Below are positions 39,958-49,529 of a stretch of 64,000 nt of DNA, one piece after another. The DNA comes from Nitrosopumilus sp. Lineage in GTDB: Archaea > Thermoproteota > Nitrososphaeria > Nitrososphaerales > Nitrosopumilaceae. The DNA is taken from the NCBI GenBank assembly GCA_965214775.1, contig OZ243974.1, forward strand, positions 544,001 through 608,000, read 5' to 3'. Both the position numbers and the translations under genes were made by a program. The stretch's first letter is position 1; every line of letters starts with the position of its first letter. The notes under the pieces were generated by a model. That model saw only the letters and a program-made list of their open reading frames with translations, was not told the DNA's origin and searched no databases.

Positions 39958-39972
39958 TGGTGGACCGGAAGG
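39958..39972 (-). repeat. att-like tRNA 3'-end copy
   Basis: Reverse complement CCTTCCGGTCCACCA; preceded by AAAGGTACAATAT as at 11360. Confidence 0.65.
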
Positions 39973-40259
39973 TTTTCGCGGTTCTCAAACGATGAAACCC
40001 CGCCAAATTCGGGTCTCATCAAGATGCTCGCTCTGTGTATGGATGCGTCTGTTTAAAATTGTTTTGGATTGCAGTCTTTCCAGAAGTTCCCCACAAGACG
40101 GTTCCACATTCGAAACGGTTCAAGCCAAGCTGCCTGCAAATCCACATGTAGCCGTCGGCACCATCATGGGTCGGATACGTTTGGGAAGACTGGACAAAGA
40201 CGAATCGCTAATAGTTAAAAAGAAGCATGGCCAACTAATGATCTTAGTGGTGTGCAAAA

Positions 40260-40475
40260 ATGGAGAGCCAGACCTTGTCTAAACTGTTCAAGAATCCTGC
40301 GCATAAGAGGGGCTGGAGCAACGAATACACTACTGCAGAAAAACTGGCCACATACTATGATCGCGGTCTCTTCGAGCTTGACGAGCTTGAGCCCGAAGCT
40401 GTTGAACCCGTAAGGCAGGCCATCAAGGAATGGGACGCAAGAGTCGACGCGCACTATGCAGAACATGGCGACTGA
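40260..40475 (+). CDS. Small hypothetical protein
   Basis: 71-aa ORF with protein-like composition. Confidence 0.5.
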   Translation: MESQTLSKLFKNPAHKRGWSNEYTTAEKLATYYDRGLFELDELEPEAVEPVRQAIKEWDARVDAHYAEHGD

Positions 40476-40638
40476 GACGGGTCTTGCCGGGGTTGTCGCC
40501 TAATTCGTCAGAATTCGTGAGAACCATCTGGATGCCATATGGCTCAGGCGTGCAGAGGGGCGGAAATCCAGAAGAACGTGCAGGTTGAGTTAAGCAAGTG
40601 GAATTACGCGACAATCTCGGTAGGGACTGGACAGGGCC

Positions 40639-41187
40639 TCAAGGTTTTGTCTGCATGCCCCATGACAGCAGGTCCATGTGGCTTTCAACGTCAAGATACT
40701 TTAGTATTATTCCATCCAAAATACCATGGCATCTTTTGCAAAAATACTCGTGCATCGTTTTGTCAGTCAGTATCATGTATTTTTTGTCGGCCTCTGCCTT
40801 GCTTAGCAGATAGCAATCGCTTAGAACTTCGTGAAATGTACCAAGATTCTTATCATGTGTGCCGGATTTTACCATTCCCAGAATTTCCCTCTTGTCTGGT
40901 TTTCTTGCGTCCAACCCCACATGTTTGGCTGATTCCAACACGGCTTGTAGTTTATCGTCGCATGCAAAGCCGTTTTTCAACTTCCTGGCTTCCAATTGGT
41001 CTTTTTCATATTCGCGTCTGTTGTGACGGGACGCAATGTCAAACTCAAAAGGGCCGGAATATTCCCCGTCTAGGCGTTGCAGCATCACACAATCCTTGAT
41101 CAGTTCAATGGAGTTTTCCCTGCTGCACCAGTTTCTGGCAATGGTTTCCTTTGCATCATGCCTCAGCGTGGCTTTTTCCGGGTTCAA
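40639..41187 (-). CDS. Hypothetical protein, possible PD-(D/E)XK nuclease fold
   Basis: FEFDIAS...GMVKS...DCYLL...KYMILTD pattern. Confidence 0.5.
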   Translation of the reverse strand: MNPEKATLRHDAKETIARNWCSRENSIELIKDCVMLQRLDGEYSGPFEFDIASRHNRREYEKDQLEARKLKNGFACDDKLQAVLESAKHVGLDARKPDKREILGMVKSGTHDKNLGTFHEVLSDCYLLSKAEADKKYMILTDKTMHEYFCKRCHGILDGIILKYLDVESHMDLLSWGMQTKP

Positions 41188-41390
41188 TACGGCCGTTTTA
41201 CTCTGCAGTCTACCAGCATAAATGATTATTGCAATTCTGTCGGTATAAGATGATATGGTAAACGCGATGAATAACTGTTTATGTTTGAGGTCTTGGTATC
41301 TCGTTTACTTGGAAGTTGTTCTTGTTCGGAATCTACCCTGATTGATCTGTTTTGGTTTTGAGCCATTTTTGGAGTCATCTGGGAAGACTG

Positions 41391-41605
41391 ATCCTGTGAT
41401 CCAACATTACTGTTGGGCCTGGGGTTGATTTCAACTTGCCGAATCAAAGGATGTATGCTACTGAGACTGCTTGATCCTTGCAAGCCTGCCAAGCTCGTCC
41501 TCTATTGCGTCCTGTACCTCTTCGGGCAGATCCTCGGAGTGGATGAGGGTTGTCCGCAGCCCTGACACTATGACCTGAACGTCCAGCGTCTCGTTTCTTA
41601 TGTGG
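41391..41605 (+). mobile_element. Possible non-autonomous IS110-related remnant
   Basis: ATCCTGTGATC.AACATTACTGTTGGGCCTG matches 5074-5105 upstream of the IS110 gene; no transposase. Confidence 0.45.
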
Positions 41606-41619
41606 GGCGCAATACAATG

Positions 41620-41892
41620 TCAGTCCCTGCCGTAGGCCGACTTGTGATCGCACACCCTTAGAAACTCTATCGTGTCACTGTTCCAGTCAACATTGTATAT
41701 TATCCTGTACTTGTTTCCCACATCATATGCAAACACCCTTTTGCTCTGTTTATATCTGCCCAGACGCGCCGGGTTTTCAGACACTCTTAGTTCCTGTATG
41801 GCATGATTTACCCTTTTCCTGATTTGAGGGTCAAGATTTTTGTACTGTCTGAGAAACTTTGTCTTTCTTGTAGCGTCCCAAATGTCTCTCAA
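41620..41892 (-). CDS. relE: RelE/ParE-family toxin
   Basis: F.RQYK.L....RKR....I..L....P, YRIIY.V, V.DHK.AY. Confidence 0.85.
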   Translation of the reverse strand: MRDIWDATRKTKFLRQYKNLDPQIRKRVNHAIQELRVSENPARLGRYKQSKRVFAYDVGNKYRIIYNVDWNSDTIEFLRVCDHKSAYGRD

Positions 41893-42023
41893 GACTCTTC
41901 CTTGAGCTCTTTCATGAACTCATCAAAAGGCAATGTCTTCTTGCCTTTGTCATCTGCATAAAACTCGTCGATGTCCCTGACCTCATCGGGGGTTAGATCA
42001 TCAACGTTCCTTGTCTCTGACAT
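41889..42023 (-). CDS. Small acidic antitoxin
   Basis: Manual ORF MSETRNVDDLTPDEVRDIDEFYADDKGKKTLPFDEFMKELKEES; stop overlaps the toxin start. Confidence 0.75.
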   Translation of the reverse strand: MSETRNVDDLTPDEVRDIDEFYADDKGKKTLPFDEFMKELKEES

Positions 42024-43059
42024 GTGGTTTCCTCCATCCTGTTCCTAAAAAGGGTTGTCGTGAGATCATGTTTGCGTCTTTGGAAGACATAAATCAAGAT
42101 GGCAGATGACATTTTTGACATGGTCAGGAATGCGTCTCAACCTGCGGATCTAGCCAAAATGTATGCAAGGCACACTACGGGCAATTGGTACAGGGCCGTT
42201 AAGGCAAGTGATGTTCTGAAGCATTATTACAGCCCGTTCTCACTGTGGGCCGACATGCATGCGGATCCTGCAGGTATGGGGTCACGTCCATCTGCTGGCT
42301 ATGCACGAAAATCATAATCGTACATGCCAATTTGGTGAGGACCCCAAAAAAGTAGGAACGATCTGCAATGCACACTTTTTCCCAATATCATGCATAGATC
42401 TCTTGAATAGATAAATTTCATGTAGCATGAGAAGTACGAGGCCACCAAGATGAGTGATTGTCAAGTACCATGACAGCAGCCTCATGATGCCTCCGCATCT
42501 ATACCCAGCTCCTCCCGTATACGCTTGGCTAGGGTTGCAACACACCTGCTCCTTGAGGAGTCTACCAGGACAAACTGCGGATCCACGTCGCGCATGAACC
42601 GCATTATGTCCGGATAGCAGCATCGTTTGTGTCGTCCTTTCGTGCCTCCTGTCTCCTGAGCTCTGCCGTGACGGCGTCTTGCACCTCGGACGGAAGGTTC
42701 TGGGCATCAAGCAACGTTGTCCTGAGTCCCGCGATTACATCGTGAACCGAAAGGGTCTCGTTTTTGATGTGGGGCGCAAACGTGTTCTTGAATGTCTTTT
42801 TGTCAGATGAGTCTTGGAGAGTCATTCTTTTCCATCACCACTGTGCATGCTTGGCCATACTCACGCTTATACTTTGACACCTCCTTAGTTTGTTGGACAC
42901 ATGATAAAAACACCCCCACCGCAGTCATGGCGGCGGATCAACCCCTCGTTATGCATGTGCTTCGCGCACTATTTGTTGAATGGGAATATCCGAGCTGCCG
43001 TGTTCCTGTGCCTTGCGCACTGATGGATGAATGCAGCTTCTGGTCCATCAAGACCAGAT

Positions 43060-43195
43060 AGATGATCCGAAATCAGAAGCCGTACGAATTTTTCAAGTGG
43101 TTTCACAGATAATTTGTGTTCTGTTGATATTTTGAGCTGTTTCATGCAAACTCGTTCGCACATAATCAGAATTTGCTAATTTCGAATCAAGTCTC
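43060..43195. mobile_element. MITE family E
   Basis: TGATCCGAAAT.AG...CTAATTTCGAATCA, homologous to 32174-32310. Confidence 0.75.
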
Positions 43196-43256
43196 TGACA
43201 GGTGATATCTTTTTTGTCATGCAATGCAATCCGTGGCTGCGTTACCCATATTGCGA

Positions 43257-45278
43257 TCACCAGCCAAATAGCTTCCAGACAAAGTCCATGAACATCTCGA
43301 AGAGCCCGCGATCCTCTGCCTGCCTTGTGGGCTTGGGCACTGCGGGCTCTGCCGGCATTGTTGGTTCTGGAGACCCTGCCGGCTCTGCCGATATCATGGG
43401 TTTTATTGGCTCTACGGGCACTGTGGGCTCCACGGGCACCGGCTCCACGGGTTCCGGCACGAACGCCGGCGGCATGACAGGATCCGCATCCCTTGCGCCA
43501 CTGTTTGAAGGAACCTGAAGAATGCCGTCATCCTGGGGGATCAGGCCGGCAGGCTCGCGGTACGTGGAAAATGTCTCCTCGCCCACGCATTCCTGTACGG
43601 TTATCCCCTCAGATGCGCTGAGGATGCTCCGGCCCGACATGGCGTGTACCTGCACGCCGAGATACGACTCGTCAGCTGCAATGCCGGATGTAAACACGAT
43701 GCGTCCCTCCAGCATCTCGTCGGATATGGCAGCCTGCTGCATGCCGTATGCCGTTGTTCTGACCTGTGCGGAGACCAGCTCCGGCTCGTCGGGTCCTGCA
43801 ATGATTCGGACCGTGCCGGCGTTGCAGTCCCATGATACGGAGTACAGGTCGACGTATATGTCATCAAGTGATCCAGAGGCCGGATGGCCGCCACCACCGC
43901 CACCACCACCGCCACCGGAGGATGACCTTGACGTCTGGCGGTCGCGTGGCAGTTCGGGCGTTGGCGGCAAGGTCTCGTGCGGGTCAATCGGAATTGGTGG
44001 AATGCTAGGAGGTCCAGGCGGGCCGCTGGGATCCACAGGCGTGTCAGGAGGCACCAGATCCCGGGGCGGTGGGCCGACCGTGATGAAATCTGTAAAGTGG
44101 AATGTCCATACGGTCAGATCCGCATCCACGTCTATCTTGCATTCGCCGGTGCCGTTGAGCTGGACTGATACGGACTCGTGGTCGTTGTGGCTGCAGGTCT
44201 CGTCTATTGATACCGGCTCGTCATCCCCTCCGCCCCGGTGGAAGAGGACGTTCTGTCCTGCCTTTTCCTCAAACGTTACGCGTATGGGTTTGTCAAATGT
44301 CAGCATGTCGTCATACAGGCCCATGTGCAGCGTAGATCTTACGTTTCCAGTGCCTCCGTCAGGGCCCGACACTACCGGTACGTGAACCTCGGTGAATGTG
44401 GGCAGGTTTACTACTCCGTCCCAGTCCGGTGGCCCGGTTATCTCGGTGTCGTTTCTGAGGAGAAGGTCGGCGCTTATGCCCTCAAAGACGACATCCATCT
44501 CAAGGTCGTTGGGAAACGTAGCCGTGCTGTTGCCTCCTGCCTCGCCTGCATCCAACAGCAGGTTCTCAAGGTTGAGTCTAGGCTCGTCGGTCTGCTCCGT
44601 CACTATGATCTTCCTCAGCAACGTCCGGTCACTGTTGATTACCAGCTCGTTGTGCTCCAGCGTATGGTCATAGACGATCTCCAGAGTGTTGTCAGGGATC
44701 CTGTTTTGCTCCAGTATGACGGGCTCGTAGCTGAGGATGTTTCTGGTGCTGTGGGAAGCGTGGACGGTATCGACTATGGGCACGGGCCGCAGCTCCGAGT
44801 CGACGCCCAGATAGCGCTTGGTGCTGTGGGAAGCGTGGACGGTATCGACTATGGGCACGGGCCGCAGCTCCGAGTCGACGCCCAGATAGCGCTTGGTGCT
44901 GTGGGAAGCGTGTGTAAACTTTACATACAGCTCCGGCGGCGTCACCTGCTCTGGCTCGACAGAGATGCTCATGGCCGACGCTGTACCCGTGCCGGCTGCC
45001 GCCTCCGACTGGGATCGAACATCCCGGATCTGGGCCGTGTCGTTGAGGTGCGGCGCTATTCGCACCACAAGGGACGACGGCGGGTCGTGTGACATGCTGT
45101 TCGCCTCCGACACTGACATGACCGGCTTGGGTGCGGCCTGTGAGTCGTGGTGCTCGACACGGACGTCTATGGAACCTGCAGACTCCCCGGTTTGCGCCGC
45201 TGCAAGGGAAACGGCGGCAAGCGCCCCAATCAGGGCGACAGCCATCGTAATACTCCGCATACGCAAAATTTGCATCAC
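43257..45278 (-). CDS. Secreted surface protein with Pro-rich stalk and amphipathic C-terminal anchor
   Basis: Signal peptide, WTFHFTDF motif, Pro/Gly linkers, C-terminal FEMFMDFVWKLFGW. Confidence 0.8.
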   Translation of the reverse strand: MMQILRMRSITMAVALIGALAAVSLAAAQTGESAGSIDVRVEHHDSQAAPKPVMSVSEANSMSHDPPSSLVVRIAPHLNDTAQIRDVRSQSEAAAGTGTASAMSISVEPEQVTPPELYVKFTHASHSTKRYLGVDSELRPVPIVDTVHASHSTKRYLGVDSELRPVPIVDTVHASHSTRNILSYEPVILEQNRIPDNTLEIVYDHTLEHNELVINSDRTLLRKIIVTEQTDEPRLNLENLLLDAGEAGGNSTATFPNDLEMDVVFEGISADLLLRNDTEITGPPDWDGVVNLPTFTEVHVPVVSGPDGGTGNVRSTLHMGLYDDMLTFDKPIRVTFEEKAGQNVLFHRGGGDDEPVSIDETCSHNDHESVSVQLNGTGECKIDVDADLTVWTFHFTDFITVGPPPRDLVPPDTPVDPSGPPGPPSIPPIPIDPHETLPPTPELPRDRQTSRSSSGGGGGGGGGGHPASGSLDDIYVDLYSVSWDCNAGTVRIIAGPDEPELVSAQVRTTAYGMQQAAISDEMLEGRIVFTSGIAADESYLGVQVHAMSGRSILSASEGITVQECVGEETFSTYREPAGLIPQDDGILQVPSNSGARDADPVMPPAFVPEPVEPVPVEPTVPVEPIKPMISAEPAGSPEPTMPAEPAVPKPTRQAEDRGLFEMFMDFVWKLFGW
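44744..44912. repeat. In-frame 75-bp tandem duplication
   Basis: Encodes HASHSTKRYLGVDSELRPVPIVDTV x2 plus partial. Confidence 0.9.
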
Positions 45279-45280
45279 CG

Positions 45281-47862
45281 TCAGTTTATCGCGATGTCAA
45301 ACAAGTAATCAACCAGAGAGTGTCCGGCCAGATCCTCAATGGCATTACTCACATGCAGCGCCGGCGACTTTGCCCATGCGGGTATCGGTTCGCTAAGCGT
45401 AATGGTTATGGTGTCATTGCTTATCGACACTTTGCTGGCCTCTATTACTTCAGCATGCACGGTCACAATGCCCGTCCTCCACGGATGAACCACGCAAAAG
45501 TACGGGTATGTTCCTGGATAATCGAACTCGTTTCTGTATTGCCCTCCGGACATTATGAGACCACTGTCAAAGCCGTTTGGGTAGCTCTCGCCGACTGCGC
45601 TTGCGTCAGCGCCCGGGTCGCCTGCCGTCACGGTATGAGCCGCACCATCGCCGTTGATCCAGGTTATCTCTCCGCCTACACTGATCGTCACCTCGTGCGG
45701 GATGTAGCACTCACTGGTCTCCTCACAGCCCGGAGCCGACGAGCCGAGTCCGAACTGGACTGTGGCAGAGTCTGGGCCGGCCTCATCTTCCAAAGATACA
45801 TACGTATGATCCGGATACGGGGACGTGTGATTTAAGAGGTCTACGCCACCAGGCCACGCCTTCCATCCTTTTCCATAGTCATACTCGAACAAGTCGTGGT
45901 CCATAACCTGCTCTGACACCCTGACTGTGACCATGGTGCCCGTGGCACTGGATAGAGTCACGTCAAGTACGCTCGGGCGGATCCGATCCGTTGTTATGTC
46001 TGCTGCATGCGTTGCGGACTCCGTGGTCAGGCCGCGCCGGTCCGTTGCGGCGCCCTCCCTGACTCCCACCGTTATCGTGCCGTTGTTTGTGATGGGTACA
46101 GTAAAGTCATAGAGAGCACCGTGAGACCTGCCCCATGAATTGACATAACCTCCCAGCCCCGATACCAGAATGTCGTTAGAGTCAAAACCTCTAACATTAC
46201 GGTCATATTCGACGTCATAGTGTAATTCGTTTGATCGGTCTGTCGATGCAAACGTGCCGTGACCTGGATAGTGGTTGAAATTCGTCGTTATGGATGCCTT
46301 GACCGGAACGGCAGGCAGTAGTTTTAATGTTCCCGTCTTATGACCATTGGCATAGTACATAGTATCGTCTGAATCAATCCGATAAGGATGTGGAGCTCCA
46401 GAAAATTTGGTAAATGTGTCAGTGGACGGCACGAACTTGTAAAAAGACCTAGTATCACACCCGCTAAAAAATATGTTTCCCGCGCTATCAGCTATTGTGG
46501 GATGTATGTTATACTCACAAGTGTATGGCAAGGTAATCTCAGTCACTTGGCCCGTAGAGGTATCAAGCTCGATAATATTGGTCGTATGGCGCCCAACATG
46601 ATTTCCAAAATAAATTTTTTCGTCGTGAACAGCAAAGCCATTGGCAAAGTTATTACCCAAGACACCATCCAAATCCCAGCGGGTGAGTGTGCCGCCACCG
46701 TCGTCGTTAGGAACGAATCTCAGGATATCTCCTGCGGCTGTTGGTTCGGTGGCAAACACTCCTGAAGGGCCTACATGACTGATGGAAAATGAGACACGGG
46801 ATGCATTCGTGTAGTAATACGTTACCGTGCTGTCATCTGGATCAAATTTCTGCATAAAGACCACATTTGATCTGTTTGGTTGCTCATAATCTGTTATTTT
46901 GTAGGTCGTTTGTCCTTGCGATACAACCTCAAACCGTAGCACAGCATCCTGAGCCCAGTCCTTCACCCGCACCTCATAAGTTCCCACATCCAGGCCAGAG
47001 GTATCTTTAACAAATGTGGTATAACTTGTAAAGCTCCCATCAGAGCGGGCAATTCCGGTACCGGTGACTGTATGGCCTGATGGAGTCGTGAGTTGGGTGG
47101 TAACATACCCAGATGCGCCACCTACATGAACACTATAACCCGGATCGTGATAAGAAATCTCCTCAATGGTGAGATTGCCAAGTGGGTTCGCCACATATGG
47201 ATAACCAAGCTCACTCCGCACACCTCCATAAATTGCGTCGTCATACGGTACATACCTCTGGCTAGCCATATCATATCCCACATCGGGCCAGCTGGTGAAG
47301 GTTCCGGTTGCAGGATCAAAAGATGCCATACGTTTATCTTGACTGAAGAAAACCCTGGATCCGTCTACAAAGCCGGATCCTGCATAATGTCTATCATGCA
47401 ACCGCCAACCCTCCGGCGCCGTCCAGACGGTCTGCGTCCCGTCGTCCCGGTCAATGCGCGCTATCTTGTATTCACCGAGTCCAAACAGGTCGTCGTCAGG
47501 AGAGTTTGGCACTACGGCTCCAAAATTAACGCCACCATGATTCTGGAACCTCCATTCATTTACCTCGATCTCGTCTAGAATCTGCGCATCTGCCTCCCAA
47601 GAGGGAAGGTCCAGCGGCGAGGCAGAGGCGTCACCTGGCCCGGCATGCACGGCATCTGATTTTACGGTAGCAGTAAACGACAGCACCTCGTAGGTCTCTG
47701 GAACTACGACCCTTGTGGAAGTAGTGGCTGTGCCATTTCCTTCTACGGCTTTGTGCTGTGTTGCTTCATACTGTTCAATGCTACCCCCCCCCCCGTGGTG
47801 GTTACTGCAGTCAGCCCGAGTATTAGTACTGCTACTGCCGGGACGGCCCACAAAAGTCTCAT
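45281..47862 (-). CDS. Secreted beta-propeller/Ig-like protein with cupredoxin domain; frameshifted at a G11 tract
   Basis: Signal peptide from ATG 47862 is out of frame with the 856-aa ORF; cupredoxin HTVT...FDSG...YPYFCVVHPW. Confidence 0.75.
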
Positions 47863-48146
47863 GTGTCCTATAATTTGATTCAGGTGTATTTTACGGTTGT
47901 GGGTTGCGGTTCTGTGCAATCTTGGGGATATGGATCTTCTCTGGGAACTAGGAAGTTATCGGTGGGCGATTTCAGCTGGGACACATCGGTAGATCGGACT
48001 GCATCTTGTAAATTAGAACGTAGTCTGCTTTCCCACATGCTTTTTCTCTGGAACAGGGGCCTGCATGACGTAGTGTCTACGTCAAATAATCGATCATAAC
48101 TTTGACACATCGTGCCTATTTTGACACAAAACTGATTGGTTTTCAA

Positions 48147-48228
48147 TAGACTTTATGCGTAATCTACCTGAATGAGGTGAATTTGTTCGTAATAATCCTA
48201 GATCTGAACCGATTACGCATAAAGTCTA
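48147..48228. mobile_element. MITE family A (inverted)
   Basis: TIR match; abuts a truncated family C repeat and the Mrr-like fragment. Confidence 0.85.
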
Positions 48229-48485
48229 ATTATAGATACTACGTTGTTGATCTGGGGCAGGTTTGGAAGCCTCCCGTCAAAATAATCCTTGATTGTGTAA
48301 ATCTGAATCTTTGGATGTTTTGTACCTAGCGGCATCTCGGTCATGCCGCTGGATGCGGCCTCCTTTTTCATTTTGGGTGTTGGCTCCCTCATACATACAA
48401 ATATGCCAAACCTCGCACCTTTGCGCTCCACCATTCCATTGAGGTCACGGACCATTGCAGAACCTATCTGATGTCCTCCCTTCAC
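48229..48485 (-). pseudogene. C-terminal Mrr-like restriction domain fragment of an MTase-REase fusion
   Basis: VKGG..IG..MVRDL.G......A.FGIFV...PT..M..EA...G, PKIQI.TI. Confidence 0.7.
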
Positions 48486-48713
48486 GGGGACTCACTTTCC
48501 CATATTTGGGATAACCCTTGGAATCTGATCCAATATGGATGTATTCCTGCCGTCAGCTAAGTGAAAAGTACCCCAGATCTGACATCATGGTGGGGAGCTT
48601 AGGCTCTGAGATAAACCGCCATGCCCTCCAGAAGTACAGCATGTAAACAGTTAACCGTCCAAACCAGCTCTTTTATCACCACGTTTTTTACCACATGTTG
48701 TGATTGAAAACTA

Positions 48714-49460
48714 ATGGCTGCAGGCAAGGCACTCATCTTTCTTGTGATCATTGTGCTGGTAGGCGCCGGTATCTGGTGGGGTGTCAGTTCATGGTTGGAC
48801 GGGGAAGTCGAACAGGAACGTGTAGAAAAAACACTGTATCCGAACACTCTTGAGATGTTGGATGATGATCTTAGAAAGCTCTCTTGGGAGTCTGGCGAGA
48901 TAGGCATCATAGCGGGGTGGAAGGGTGACATTGAGGCCTGTGTCATGATTGACAGTAAACAGAGTTATAGAGAGATTGTAGGAAAAGCTGATAATTGGCT
49001 GGATAGGGTCGAGGGGTTTGACAGGAGGACGTTAGAGTCTGTACTGGATTTGGAGCATAGGTTTGAGATGCCTGCACATGACTATAACAACCTAAAGGTC
49101 ATGTTTGGTTGGATCAAGGCTTGTATGGATGATAAAACTGCCAAATTTGGCCAGGTTAGAGACGAACAGCCTGTGGAATATTGGAAAGATGGTGAAGAAT
49201 CCGAAGGGGAATTGAATGGCGAGGATTGGATAGAGAAGATGGATGCAAACCTGCAGCTGTGCAAGTCGGCCGGCAATCTGCTGGATTTGCAGTTCCTCCG
49301 TGATGATTTGGATCTGCAGCTGCCTGTAATGTATGCAGAGGCGCCGGGTTTTACCGAGGAGCAGATGGCATCTCTTGAGATGAATGCAGAAGATCTCACC
49401 GCATGTTTCGAAGAAAAGATTACAGAGTATGTGTCAAATACCCCTGATCCATCACCCTGA
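48714..49460 (+). CDS. Membrane-anchored hypothetical protein
   Basis: N-terminal TM followed by acidic helical domain. Confidence 0.7.
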   Translation: MAAGKALIFLVIIVLVGAGIWWGVSSWLDGEVEQERVEKTLYPNTLEMLDDDLRKLSWESGEIGIIAGWKGDIEACVMIDSKQSYREIVGKADNWLDRVEGFDRRTLESVLDLEHRFEMPAHDYNNLKVMFGWIKACMDDKTAKFGQVRDEQPVEYWKDGEESEGELNGEDWIEKMDANLQLCKSAGNLLDLQFLRDDLDLQLPVMYAEAPGFTEEQMASLEMNAEDLTACFEEKITEYVSNTPDPSP

Positions 49461-49529
49461 CTACGGCGGGGGCGTTTTTATCATGTGTTCAGCTGCTGAT
49501 GGAGCGTAAACACTTGCATCCTGTACGGG

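Noticed and set aside
42099-42317. Functional RecB-like (TM0106) nuclease
   Set aside because: At most a short N-terminal fragment with weak resemblance.
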